IMG/VR virus record: IMGVR_UViG_3300035670_000026
Location: 1-64,000 of that record
From: a virus
Length of the DNA: 64,000 nt
Direction: 5' to 3' (one strand)
Below the pieces are notes generated by a model. It saw nothing but the letters and a program-made list of their open reading frames with translations. It searched no databases and was not told the origin of the DNA. The position numbers and the translations under genes were made by a program. Shown here in pieces: positions 1 through 7,398 of this stretch (position 1 is the stretch's first letter; the number at the start of each line of letters is the position of its first letter).

Positions 1-225
1 AGGATGATGTTTTTATTGTCTATAAAATATATTGATGTGATTGTGCCATTTGCATCGAATGCCGAGCTTGAATCACATATACACGCTATAAAACCGAAAT
101 ATATGGTAATTGGTGATGATTACCGCGGGCGCGATATTATTGGTTCTCAATTTATTGAAGAAATTGTTTATATTACACGAGATGGTAAATCTACTAGCGC
201 ATTGGTGGATCGTATATACGGATAG
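1..225 (+). CDS. C-terminal part of a cytidylyltransferase-like (RfaE/TagD family) protein, truncated by the window edge
   Basis: Motifs IKP..MVIGDDY and C-terminal KSTS..V typical of CTP_transf_like enzymes. Confidence 0.65.
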   Translation, partial: RMMFLLSIKYIDVIVPFASNAELESHIHAIKPKYMVIGDDYRGRDIIGSQFIEEIVYITRDGKSTSALVDRIYG

Positions 226-291
226 ATGTATTTTGGTTAGTTAAGAAAAGTCTGCGCGCTAAAAGTTTTTTAAAGATTTCTGCGAAAGGAT

Positions 292-320
292 TTGGAATCC
301 CGAAATCCGGTTCGTATATT
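292..320 (+). promoter_or_regulatory. Early/host-sigma promoter TTGG-N19-TAYATT (first of 11 copies)
   Basis: Exact 19-nt spacing at TTGG positions 292, 1962, 3059, 3852, 4163, 5009, 5522, 8220, 11089, 28674, 45867; resembles the Bacteroidota -33/-7 promoter. Confidence 0.75.
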
Positions 321-351
321 CACGGCATAGAAATAAGAAATAATAAAGGTT

Positions 352-1164
352 ATGCAAAACGTAGAAATTAAAAATGTAAGTGTTGTAAAAAGAGGTCGTC
401 CTGCTAAACAAAGTGTAAATATTGAATTTGATTCTAGCTCTATTAAGCTTTTTAGGGGCAATGAATTAAGTTTTAGTGATGAATTATTTAAACCAATGAG
501 TGTTGGTAATGAGCTTGATGTTATTCTTTCTACTGAAGGAGGTTTAATGCCTGGTACTAATATGATGTTAGCTGGAGGACCTGGTTCTGGTAAATCAACA
601 ATTGTACTTGATATGCTTTCTAAGCTTACTCTTCAAGGTTTGAAGGTTTTATTTGTTAGTGGTGAGATGGATGAGATTGCTCATTACAAATACTGCAAAC
701 GTATGCCTAATTTTGCTTGTGTTCAAACATTGTTTTTAAAAAACTATTCTGAGAATGTTAAAGAAACACTTGAGCATGTTTTTAATGAAGGTTATGATGT
801 AATTGCAATCGATTCAATTGCTGAAGTACTTGAAATGTATAAAGATGCTTACCGCACAACTGAAAGCGCTGCAGAATTTTGGTTTTTAAACTTACAAGAT
901 CAACATAAAAAAGGAGGTAATTCTAAGAATTACTATACTACATTTATTAATATTCAACAAATGACTAAAGCTGGTGATTTTGCTGGTTCGAATCGTTTGA
1001 AGCATATGGTTGATGCTTTTTGTCATGTTGAGCGTTCAAAAGATGGTTTAGAGCGTTCATTGTATTTTAGCAAAAACCGTGATTGTGATAAAGATTTTAA
1101 AGTGTTCTTTTCAATCTACAACGGAGGTGTACATTACGCTTACGAAATGGAAAAACAAGATTAA
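352..1164 (+). CDS. RadA/Sms-like RecA-superfamily ATPase
   Basis: Walker A GGPGSGKST, VSGE, Walker B IAIDSI, AGSNRLKHMVD and KNR motifs. Confidence 0.8.
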   Translation: MQNVEIKNVSVVKRGRPAKQSVNIEFDSSSIKLFRGNELSFSDELFKPMSVGNELDVILSTEGGLMPGTNMMLAGGPGSGKSTIVLDMLSKLTLQGLKVLFVSGEMDEIAHYKYCKRMPNFACVQTLFLKNYSENVKETLEHVFNEGYDVIAIDSIAEVLEMYKDAYRTTESAAEFWFLNLQDQHKKGGNSKNYYTTFINIQQMTKAGDFAGSNRLKHMVDAFCHVERSKDGLERSLYFSKNRDCDKDFKVFFSIYNGGVHYAYEMEKQD

Positions 1165-1179
1165 TTAAATTTATAATAT

Positions 1180-1941
1180 ATGAAATCCAAATTCATTCCA
1201 GTAAACAACGACTTAAACAAAGCAAAAGCATTTGCTAACACTCTTGATCCTGAGTACATCAAAAAAGTTCAGCGTATCAAGCAAAAAGAGTTTTATATTC
1301 CTACTATTGATGTAGTTCAAAAACTTCAAAAGGAAGGATGGATGATTAATGGAGTTGATGAACAACGTAGTAAGAAAAATCGTAAGATTTCAAGTAACTA
1401 TGTTCAAATGACTCATCCTGATTTTGCTATTAAAAATAAACAAGGTAAAGATGAAGCATATTCATCAATTACTATTTCTAATAGCTGTTCAGGTAATCAA
1501 CCACTTCAAATGAGTTTAGGAGCTTATCGAATGGTATGTTCTAATGGTTTAGTTCGATTTGATGAACATGCTGAAAATGAGAAAATCAAACATATTGAAA
1601 TCAACTATAGAGATTTAGATCGTTTTGTACATAACATGAATAATAAAGCTCAAGAAGTTATTGCTCAACTTAATACTTGGAAAGAGCAAAATTTAACTGC
1701 TGAACAAATTAAACAATTCGCATATAACGCAGCTAAATTACGTTTCAACGAAACCGATGAAAACTTTGATCCAAACGCATTAATACGCGTAAATCGCGTA
1801 GAAGACGAAGATAATGACGTATGGACTGTATTTAATCGTATTCAAGAAAATTTAACTCATGATGTTAAAGATAAACAAGCTGATATTTGGTTAAATCAAC
1901 AGTTGTTTGATTTAGCAAATAGAGAATTAGTTTACGCATAA
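1180..1941 (+). CDS. DUF932/DUF945 family protein
   Basis: ISNS..G, GAYRMVCSNG and WTVFNRIQENL motifs. Confidence 0.75.
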   Translation: MKSKFIPVNNDLNKAKAFANTLDPEYIKKVQRIKQKEFYIPTIDVVQKLQKEGWMINGVDEQRSKKNRKISSNYVQMTHPDFAIKNKQGKDEAYSSITISNSCSGNQPLQMSLGAYRMVCSNGLVRFDEHAENEKIKHIEINYRDLDRFVHNMNNKAQEVIAQLNTWKEQNLTAEQIKQFAYNAAKLRFNETDENFDPNALIRVNRVEDEDNDVWTVFNRIQENLTHDVKDKQADIWLNQQLFDLANRELVYA

Positions 1942-2012
1942 AAAGAAAATTACGAAGGGATTTGGCTTTGTCAGATCCCTTTCGTATATTTACGTATAAA
2001 GAAATTAAGGTT

Positions 2013-2495
2013 ATGAAAAAAATATTGTATTTACACGGTTTAGAAAGTTCTAACATTTGTAGTAAAGTTGACTTTATGCGTGAACATGCTAATGTGTTAG
2101 CTCCTTCAATTGATTATAATAAATCAAACATTGAGGAAGAACTCATGTATATGGTTGAGTCATTCCAACCTGATTTGATTATTGGTTCTTCGATGGGTGG
2201 CCATGTTGGTTTAATGTTAGCTAATTATTATAATATTGATGTTATTGTTTTCAACCCAGCTATTCACTCACGTTCATTTGATCCTGCTTTAGAAAAATTA
2301 GCAGCTAAAGAACCTAATTTTAATTTTCAACCAGTAGTTATTTTAGGTATGGAAGATGATGTTATTAATCCTTTAATTACTAGAGAAATTCTTGATGATG
2401 CTTTATTTTATTGTGATATTGAAGAGATTGAAGATTTAGGTCACCGTATTCCATTTCAAGTGTTTGTTGATATTTATAACAAATACGTAAAATAA
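2013..2495 (+). CDS. YqiA/UPF0227-like alpha/beta hydrolase
   Basis: LYLHGLES, nucleophile elbow GSSMGG, NPA, GH; start moved to ATG 2013 downstream of the promoter. Confidence 0.8.
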   Translation: MKKILYLHGLESSNICSKVDFMREHANVLAPSIDYNKSNIEEELMYMVESFQPDLIIGSSMGGHVGLMLANYYNIDVIVFNPAIHSRSFDPALEKLAAKEPNFNFQPVVILGMEDDVINPLITREILDDALFYCDIEEIEDLGHRIPFQVFVDIYNKYVK

Positions 2496-3055
2496 TGTCT
2501 TTCGATTATAAAGCTTACCTAAAAAATAACCCATTGTTAGAGGAATTACCTAAAGGACAGTGGATTGACCTTGATAAAAAAGAAACCGAAGAATATTCTG
2601 ATGATATTTTTGGATTAATTGACACAGCATATGCGTCAATTGGCGGTAATCTAAATTATAAAAACGCAAGTGACGTAACAGGTGCGGAAGGTGATGCCGA
2701 TTATGAAGTAATCGATATAGACGGTGATCCTGAACCAGATGCTGTGCTTGTTTCTAAAAGAAAAGAAGCCGGAAATAAATTAACTGCTTTAGGTCACGAT
2801 GGAAGCTCCGATGCCAAATCAAAATCACTTAATAAACAAGCAGATATGCTTAAACAACCCGGTAATTATATTGAAGTTTCTGGTCGTATTAAAGATATTC
2901 TTTTAGGTAAAGGTGTTCCTGTAGTTACAGATAAATCCACTATTGAAAAAGTAATGGGTAATAAAGCTATTGATATCCAAGATGATGGTTCTTATACTCG
3001 CTATATTGGTGGAAAGCAAACCCAAAAAATCCTTCTTGGAAAACCTTTAGCATAA
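2495..3055 (+). CDS. Hypothetical protein, possible capsid cargo
   Basis: 186-aa ORF; ATATTTATA motif at 2470; N-terminus MSFDYKAYLKNNPLLEE resembles the cargo-type leaders. Confidence 0.6.
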   Translation: MSFDYKAYLKNNPLLEELPKGQWIDLDKKETEEYSDDIFGLIDTAYASIGGNLNYKNASDVTGAEGDADYEVIDIDGDPEPDAVLVSKRKEAGNKLTALGHDGSSDAKSKSLNKQADMLKQPGNYIEVSGRIKDILLGKGVPVVTDKSTIEKVMGNKAIDIQDDGSYTRYIGGKQTQKILLGKPLA

Positions 3056-3118
3056 AATTTGGAGGAGCGAAATTTCGTTCGTATATTTACCATGTAATAA
3101 GAAATAAAAATAAAGGTT

Positions 3119-3430
3119 ATGATTAAGATGTGTATTAAAACAGTAGAAAATTTGGTTGAAGAATTTAATACTGGTCAAATTTCAGAAGAAAATTTTTATA
3201 AAGCACTCCAAAACACCGCTAAAATGGGTTTGGATAATGTTCGTCAACACAAGATTTGGAATATGAAGGATGAACTTCGTCCTGGTAATATGGTTTTTGT
3301 TGATCATAAGCGAGTTGCTGGTCGTCAATTCCGAGTTAAAGAAGTTAAGCGTGTAAAAGTAATTGTTGTTAATCCTAATAATGAGCATGAAAGTTTTATT
3401 GTTCCACTTAGTTTAGTTAAAAAAGCGTAA
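3119..3430 (+). CDS. Hypothetical protein (SH3-like beta-rich C-terminus)
   Basis: ORF follows promoter 3059 and a TAAAGGTTATG start context. Confidence 0.6.
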   Translation: MIKMCIKTVENLVEEFNTGQISEENFYKALQNTAKMGLDNVRQHKIWNMKDELRPGNMVFVDHKRVAGRQFRVKEVKRVKVIVVNPNNEHESFIVPLSLVKKA

Positions 3431-3432
3431 TT

Positions 3433-3627
3433 ATGAGTTTTAAACAATCTCTACTAGATGCAATCGAAGATAATCAAATGGAAATGGTTATGCCTTCTCG
3501 AGAATATAAAGAAGGTGAAATCGTATGGATGAAAGGTTATACTCAAGCACTTAAAGATATGCTTGAAGATTACGATAATGACATCGAAGACGCTATTCAA
3601 AAATCACTAACATTTTCACTTAATTAA
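3433..3627 (+). CDS. Hypothetical protein
   Basis: Tightly packed ORF in the operon. Confidence 0.55.
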   Translation: MSFKQSLLDAIEDNQMEMVMPSREYKEGEIVWMKGYTQALKDMLEDYDNDIEDAIQKSLTFSLN

Positions 3628-3628
3628 T

Positions 3629-3859
3629 ATGGAAGATTTTATCTCACAAAACGAATTCCAATTAGAAATGTCTGCAATTAAAGAAGCAAAAATTAATGCT
3701 GACTGTGACCATATTTTGACTGAAGCTGATCGTTATGGTCTTCAGTTGGAGGTAGTTTGGTCTGCTTTTAAACATAAAGAAGATTTTCCAACTGCTTCTT
3801 TTCTTGAATGCCTACAAGTAGGTGCAAAAGATTGGGATGTTATAACTAAGTTTGGATAA
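3629..3859 (+). CDS. Hypothetical protein
   Basis: Tightly packed ORF in the operon. Confidence 0.55.
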   Translation: MEDFISQNEFQLEMSAIKEAKINADCDHILTEADRYGLQLEVVWSAFKHKEDFPTASFLECLQVGAKDWDVITKFG

Positions 3860-3894
3860 TAAAAAAAAAGGTTATATATTTATATAACAGAAAT

Positions 3895-3980
3895 ACCGCC
3901 TTGGTGAAATAGGTAGACACGAGGGACTTAAAATCCCTTGGGCAGTGATGCTCGTGCCGGTTCGATTCCGGCAGGCGGTA
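3895..3980 (+). tRNA. tRNA-Leu(TAA)
   Basis: Acceptor ACCGCCT/AGGCGGT, AGGGA-CT-TAA-AA-TCCCT, long variable arm, GGTTCGATTCC. Confidence 0.95.
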
Positions 3981-4002
3981 CAAAGATTGTTCTTTAAAAT
4001 AT

Positions 4003-4076
4003 GGTTCGGTAGCTCAGCTGGATAGAGCAACAGCCTTCTAAGCTGTGGGTCACAGGTTCGAATCCTGTTCGAATCA
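4003..4076 (+). tRNA. tRNA-Arg(TCT)
   Basis: ACAGC-CT-TCT-AA-GCTGT; canonical D and T arms. Confidence 0.95.
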
Positions 4077-4081
4077 CTAAA

Positions 4082-4155
4082 GCGCTTATAGCTCAGTTGG
4101 TTAGAGCATCCGACTCATAATCGGCAGGTCCTAGGTTCAAGCCCTAGTAGGCGCA
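4082..4155 (+). tRNA. tRNA-CAT (Ile2-lysidine type or elongator Met)
   Basis: CCGA-CT-CAT-AA-TCGG; body resembles bacterial tRNA-Ile2. Confidence 0.9.
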
Positions 4156-4230
4156 CCTAAATTTGGAGATATAAAATATTTATATTATATTACCATTATA
4201 GTTCTTTGAAAATATTAAATACCCAAAAGT

Positions 4231-4560
4231 GCCCCGATAGGATAACCTTTTTGCAATAACCTGCTGAAATTGCATTAACGGAGAGGTTCGCAAGCAGGTG
4301 AGGGTTCCCATTGGATATGAAAGTCTGGTGAGAAATAGGTTGGTTTAGTTCCCGTTATGTTTTTAGTAACATTATCGGGGCCGCTAAAAACGAGCGGAAG
4401 TTAAATTCAAAGTATTAAAGCAAAGTCAACACAATAGCTTTGTTCTCACAGCTTATTAGTAATACACGTCGGGAGGTGTAGCTAGTAAGGGAAAACGAAT
4501 AGGACGTCGGGTTCTAATCGCCAGATAGAAATATCATATTGCCGTGCTTAGAAATAAGCC
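4231..4560 (+). ncRNA. Unassigned structured RNA between tRNAs
   Basis: GCCCCGATA (4231) pairs with TATCGGGGC (4373-4381); internal TGCAAT/ATTGCA and ACCTGC/GCAGGT helices; has its own promoter (4163) and boxA-like site (4201); no credible ORF. Confidence 0.55.
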
Positions 4561-4565
4561 AAAAT

Positions 4566-4636
4566 TGACGGTTCGTCTAACGGCAGGACGCTTGGCCCCG
4601 ACCCAAGAAATGTAGGTTCGATCCCTACACCGTTAA
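4566..4636 (+). tRNA. Atypical tRNA, anticodon CCG (nominal Arg) with C33 and a Gln-like body
   Basis: TGACGGT/ACCGTTA acceptor, CTTGG-CC-CCG-AC-CCAAG, GTAGG-TTCGATC-CCTAC. Confidence 0.75.
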
Positions 4637-4666
4637 CAAAGTTAGCTACAGACTTAAATGTGGAAT

Positions 4667-4751
4667 GGAAGATTGGCAGAGTGGTCGATCGCGGCAGTCT
4701 TGAAAACTGTTGTACCGCAAGGTACCGTAGGTTCGAATCCTACATCTTCCG
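4667..4751 (+). tRNA. tRNA-Ser(TGA)
   Basis: GCAGT-CT-TGA-AA-ACTGT, long variable arm, G73. Confidence 0.95.
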
Positions 4752-4773
4752 CTAAACTTAAAAATAAATAAAC

Positions 4774-5031
4774 ATGAATGAAGTTACAGTTACAGTACTG
4801 CCACATCCAGTGACAATGTTCTTTATAGGAGCAATGCTATTAGGTATAGTTTTACTGTTAATCGAATTTTCCAAAACCCGTCGTGAGGTTCGGGAAACTA
4901 AAAAAGAATTTAATACTATGAATAAACATATCATTGATGTTAAATCCTACACAGAAAAATCAATTCAAGAAGTTTCTCGTAAAGTAGATTCAAGAATCGA
5001 CAAAGCGCTTGGAAATTTAAAAAAAGATTGA
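4774..5031 (+). CDS. Small membrane protein with coiled-coil tail
   Basis: N-terminal hydrophobic helix followed by a coiled coil. Confidence 0.6.
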   Translation: MNEVTVTVLPHPVTMFFIGAMLLGIVLLLIEFSKTRREVRETKKEFNTMNKHIIDVKSYTEKSIQEVSRKVDSRIDKALGNLKKD

Positions 5032-5068
5032 TATATTTATATAACACAATTAATAATTAAAAACAAAG

Positions 5069-5230
5069 ATGAAAAAAACCTTTTTCGCACTTGTAGCAAT
5101 TGCTACCCTTGCTTCATGTACTAATAATACCGAAGCCACTTTAACTGATTCAACTTCGTGTGATACATGTGTTGTTGATTCAACTGTAGTTGATACGCTA
5201 TGTGTTGACACTACAGTAGTAGCCGAGTAA
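5069..5230 (+). CDS. Small lipoprotein (53 aa, not in the ORF track)
   Basis: MKKTFFALVAIATLASC: signal peptide II with LASC lipobox; follows promoter 5009. Confidence 0.75.
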   Translation: MKKTFFALVAIATLASCTNNTEATLTDSTSCDTCVVDSTVVDTLCVDTTVVAE

Positions 5231-5242
5231 TCGGCTTAAAAT

Positions 5243-5315
5243 GCCCGCGTAGCTCAATAGGTAGAGCAATTGATTTGTAATCAATAGGTTGTAGGTTCGA
5301 TTCCTATCGCTGGCT
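5243..5315 (+). tRNA. tRNA-Thr(TGT)
   Basis: ATTGA-TT-TGT-AA-TCAAT cloverleaf. Confidence 0.93.
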
Positions 5316-5339
5316 CAAAAAAATGTTCTTTAACATAAT

Positions 5340-5412
5340 GCGGTAGTAGCTCAGTTGGTAGAGCATGACCTTGCCAAGGTCAGGGTCGCTGGTTCGAACC
5401 CAGTTTGCCGCT
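5340..5412 (+). tRNA. tRNA-Gly(GCC)
   Basis: TGACC-TT-GCC-AA-GGTCA; GCG acceptor start, U73. Confidence 0.95.
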
Positions 5413-5417
5413 CAAAT

Positions 5418-5489
5418 GCGAATATCGTATAATGGTTATTACTCCTTCCTTCCAAGTAGGAGATGTCGGTTCGATTCCGGCTATTCGCT
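5418..5489 (+). tRNA. tRNA-Gly(TCC)
   Basis: CCTTC-CT-TCC-AA-GTAGG; GCG acceptor start, U73. Confidence 0.92.
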
Positions 5490-5596
5490 CAAAAAGCTTT
5501 TTAAAATTTTTTTAAAATAGCTTGGATGTTTGAAATTTCGTTCGTATATTTACGGTATAGAAATTGAAAAACAAAACGTTCTTTAAATTATTGAAA

Positions 5597-6431
5597 TATC
5601 CATTCAACGCAAGTTGATAAAAGATATTGGCCGTCTATGGTCGTTAAATAAACCTCGAAAGGGGGATAAAGTGAATTACATGACAAAGTAGTTTGCGGCT
5701 TCGAAAGGAGCTCGAGTAGACAAGCGAGATATCATTTAGTCTAAAGTAGTGAGGGTAACTCCGTAGCGAAACGATTGAATGACCTAGCGATGTGGGTCGT
5801 TAGGTTGAGTCCGGAAGGACAATAAGAATAACTCGTAGAATATATGTAAGAAGTATTTCCATCCAGATTTACAATTGCGTTATTCAATATCAGAGGGTAC
5901 TTAAAGCCGAAAGGCATGTAAATGTACAGGTGGTGCTGTTATTTACCTTGACCTTAGTCTACCAAGACATGAGTCATGAAGTAATCTTAAAGTATGGAGG
6001 TAGGGATATCTCAGAGAGTAGTTTAGTATTTTCTCGCTCAAAAGGTGAGAAAGCTAGGTTGGTAAGCCACTACTTTCAATCATCCACGTCAAAAACTTTG
6101 CTATTTGGAATGCAAATTCAAAACTAACAAAGCAAAAGTGCTTACCAGTCACGGACGAAAGATGCCTACATAGTAGTGAGTTGTTCACTGCCACTAGAGG
6201 TTGCAAGCCAATAGTGATTCGTTTGAAAAATTTGTAACCTCGGCAGGGGTTTATCAGACCGCAAGTTTGAACAGATAGAGTATAGCGAGAGTAGTCCAAT
6301 ACAAGTGACTTAAAGAGTGGTTCACTTAAATAACCGGCATTGTTAGGATACAAGTCAAAAGCTTGTGGATAAGAAGGGAATAAATAATCCGACAAAAGAT
6401 CTAACATATAAACGTATAATCTCAGCGTTTT
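5597..6431 (+). ncRNA. Large ornate ncRNA, probably GOLLD family (about 830 nt)
   Basis: Higher GC than flanks; many hairpins (CCTCGAAAGGGG, TCCGGAAGGA, GCCGAAAGGC, terminal AAACG..CGTTT); own promoter (5522) and boxA (5578); size and tRNA-array context match GOLLD; boundaries approximate. Confidence 0.65.
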
Positions 6432-6498
6432 AAAAATTTACGCAAGTTGGACATTTTAGAGGATCGTTTCCTCTATTGCGACAAAAATAAAATTTAAC

Positions 6499-6507
6499 AT
6501 ATTTATA
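6499..6507 (+). promoter_or_regulatory. ATATTTATA putative phage (late-type) promoter upstream of the leader ORF
   Basis: Same motif recurs before many structural and cargo genes. Confidence 0.6.
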
Positions 6508-6533
6508 ATAAACATTTTTTAAATTCGATAACA

Positions 6534-6620
6534 ATGACACGCCATAGTATATATAACCTTCAAATGAACATTTGGTTTGCACCAGTGAAGGAGGATACCT
6601 TGCCGTGCTTTGTTGTATAA
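6534..6620 (+). CDS. Putative attenuator leader peptide MTRHSIYNLQMNIWFAPVKEDTLPCFVV (28 aa)
   Basis: 19 of 20 amino acids in 28 codons; 3' end overlaps the antiterminator strand. Confidence 0.8.
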   Translation: MTRHSIYNLQMNIWFAPVKEDTLPCFVV

Positions 6621-6658
6621 TGTGAAAATAAAAAACACTATGAAAAACAAAGCCCGGC
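6602..6658 (+). promoter_or_regulatory. Antiterminator helix
   Basis: GCCGTGCTTTGTT (6602-6614) is complementary at 12/13 positions to AACAAAGCCCGGC (6646-6658), which contains the terminator 5' arm. Confidence 0.8.
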
Positions 6659-6681
6659 CCTAAAAAGCCGGGTTTTTTTTT
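6651..6681 (+). terminator. Intrinsic terminator (attenuator) upstream of the tRNA array
   Basis: AGCCCGGC-cctaaaaa-GCCGGGTT followed by a T-tract. Confidence 0.9.
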
Positions 6682-6683
6682 GA

Positions 6684-6695
6684 GTTCTTTGACAT
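6684..6695 (+). promoter_or_regulatory. boxA-like antitermination site GTTCTTTGACAT
   Basis: Similar to rrn boxA (GCTCTTTAACA); GTTCTTT copies at 3989, 4201, 5325, 5578, 6684, 8274. Confidence 0.65.
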
Positions 6696-6709
6696 GTTGG
6701 AAAAAAGAC

Positions 6710-6784
6710 GACCTCATAGCTCAATTGGTTTAGAGCACTATACTTTTAATATAGGGGTTTCGAGTTCGAGTCTCGATGGGGTCA
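6710..6784 (+). tRNA. tRNA-Lys(TTT)
   Basis: CTATA-CT-TTT-AA-TATAG. Confidence 0.93.
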
Positions 6785-6861
6785 CAAAAAAATCGTAGCG
6801 TACCGAAAGGGAAAAAGATGATTTAGCCAATCATCACAGGTTAAGCGATATCCTGTAATTT

Positions 6862-6934
6862 CCCACCTTAGCTCAGTTGGTAGAGCGCTTGCCTTACATG
6901 CAAGATGTCGCTGGTTCGAGTCCAGCAGGAGGGA
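6862..6934 (+). tRNA. tRNA-Val(TAC)
   Basis: CTTGC-CT-TAC-AT-GCAAG. Confidence 0.93.
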
Positions 6935-6941
6935 CAAAAAT

Positions 6942-7023
6942 GCCAGTATCGCATAGCGGCAATTGCAGCTGACTGTAAATCAGCTCCCTTACGGGTTCGG
7001 AGGTTCGAGTCCTTCTGCTGGCA
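6942..7023 (+). tRNA. tRNA-Tyr(GTA)
   Basis: GCTGA-CT-GTA-AA-TCAGC, long variable arm. Confidence 0.92.
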
Positions 7024-7033
7024 CAAATAAAAT

Positions 7034-7106
7034 GGATAGGTAGCTCAGTTGGTAGAGCGTCGGCCTGAAGAGCCGAGCGTCGGGGGTTCAAATCCCTCTC
7101 TGTCCA
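7034..7106 (+). tRNA. tRNA-Phe(GAA)
   Basis: TCGGC-CT-GAA-GA-GCCGA. Confidence 0.93.
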
Positions 7107-7112
7107 CAATAT

Positions 7113-7186
7113 GGAGATATAGCTCAGTTGGTTAGAGCACTTGCCTGATACGCAGGGGGTCATAGGTTCGAGTCCTATTTTCTCCA
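7113..7186 (+). tRNA. tRNA-Ile(GAT)
   Basis: CTTGC-CT-GAT-AC-GCAGG. Confidence 0.93.
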
Positions 7187-7192
7187 CTTAAT

Positions 7193-7265
7193 AGTGATAT
7201 AGCTCAATGGTGAGAGCAGATGCCTTATACGCATCAGGTTACGAGTTCGAGTCTCGTTATCACTA
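7193..7265 (+). tRNA. tRNA-Ile(TAT)
   Basis: GATGC-CT-TAT-AC-GCATC. Confidence 0.9.
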
Positions 7266-7270
7266 CAATT

Positions 7271-7354
7271 GGAAGGTAAAGCAACCAGGGTGTTGTCACC
7301 GCCTGCTAAGCGAGTGGTACTTTCGAGTATGAATTTCGATTATTCTGCCTTCCG
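7271..7354 (+). tRNA. tRNA-Ser(GCT), atypical D and T arms
   Basis: GGAAGGT/GCCTTCC, G73, CGC-CT-GCT-AA-GCG, long variable arm. Confidence 0.8.
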
Positions 7355-7398
7355 CTAAAATTTAAAAACTATGTAAAAATATTTATAAAAAAACAGCT

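Noticed and set aside
4231-4560. RNase P or tmRNA identity
   Set aside because: Only a partial GAAAGTC is present; no matching P4 3' strand, tRNA-like ends or tag ORF
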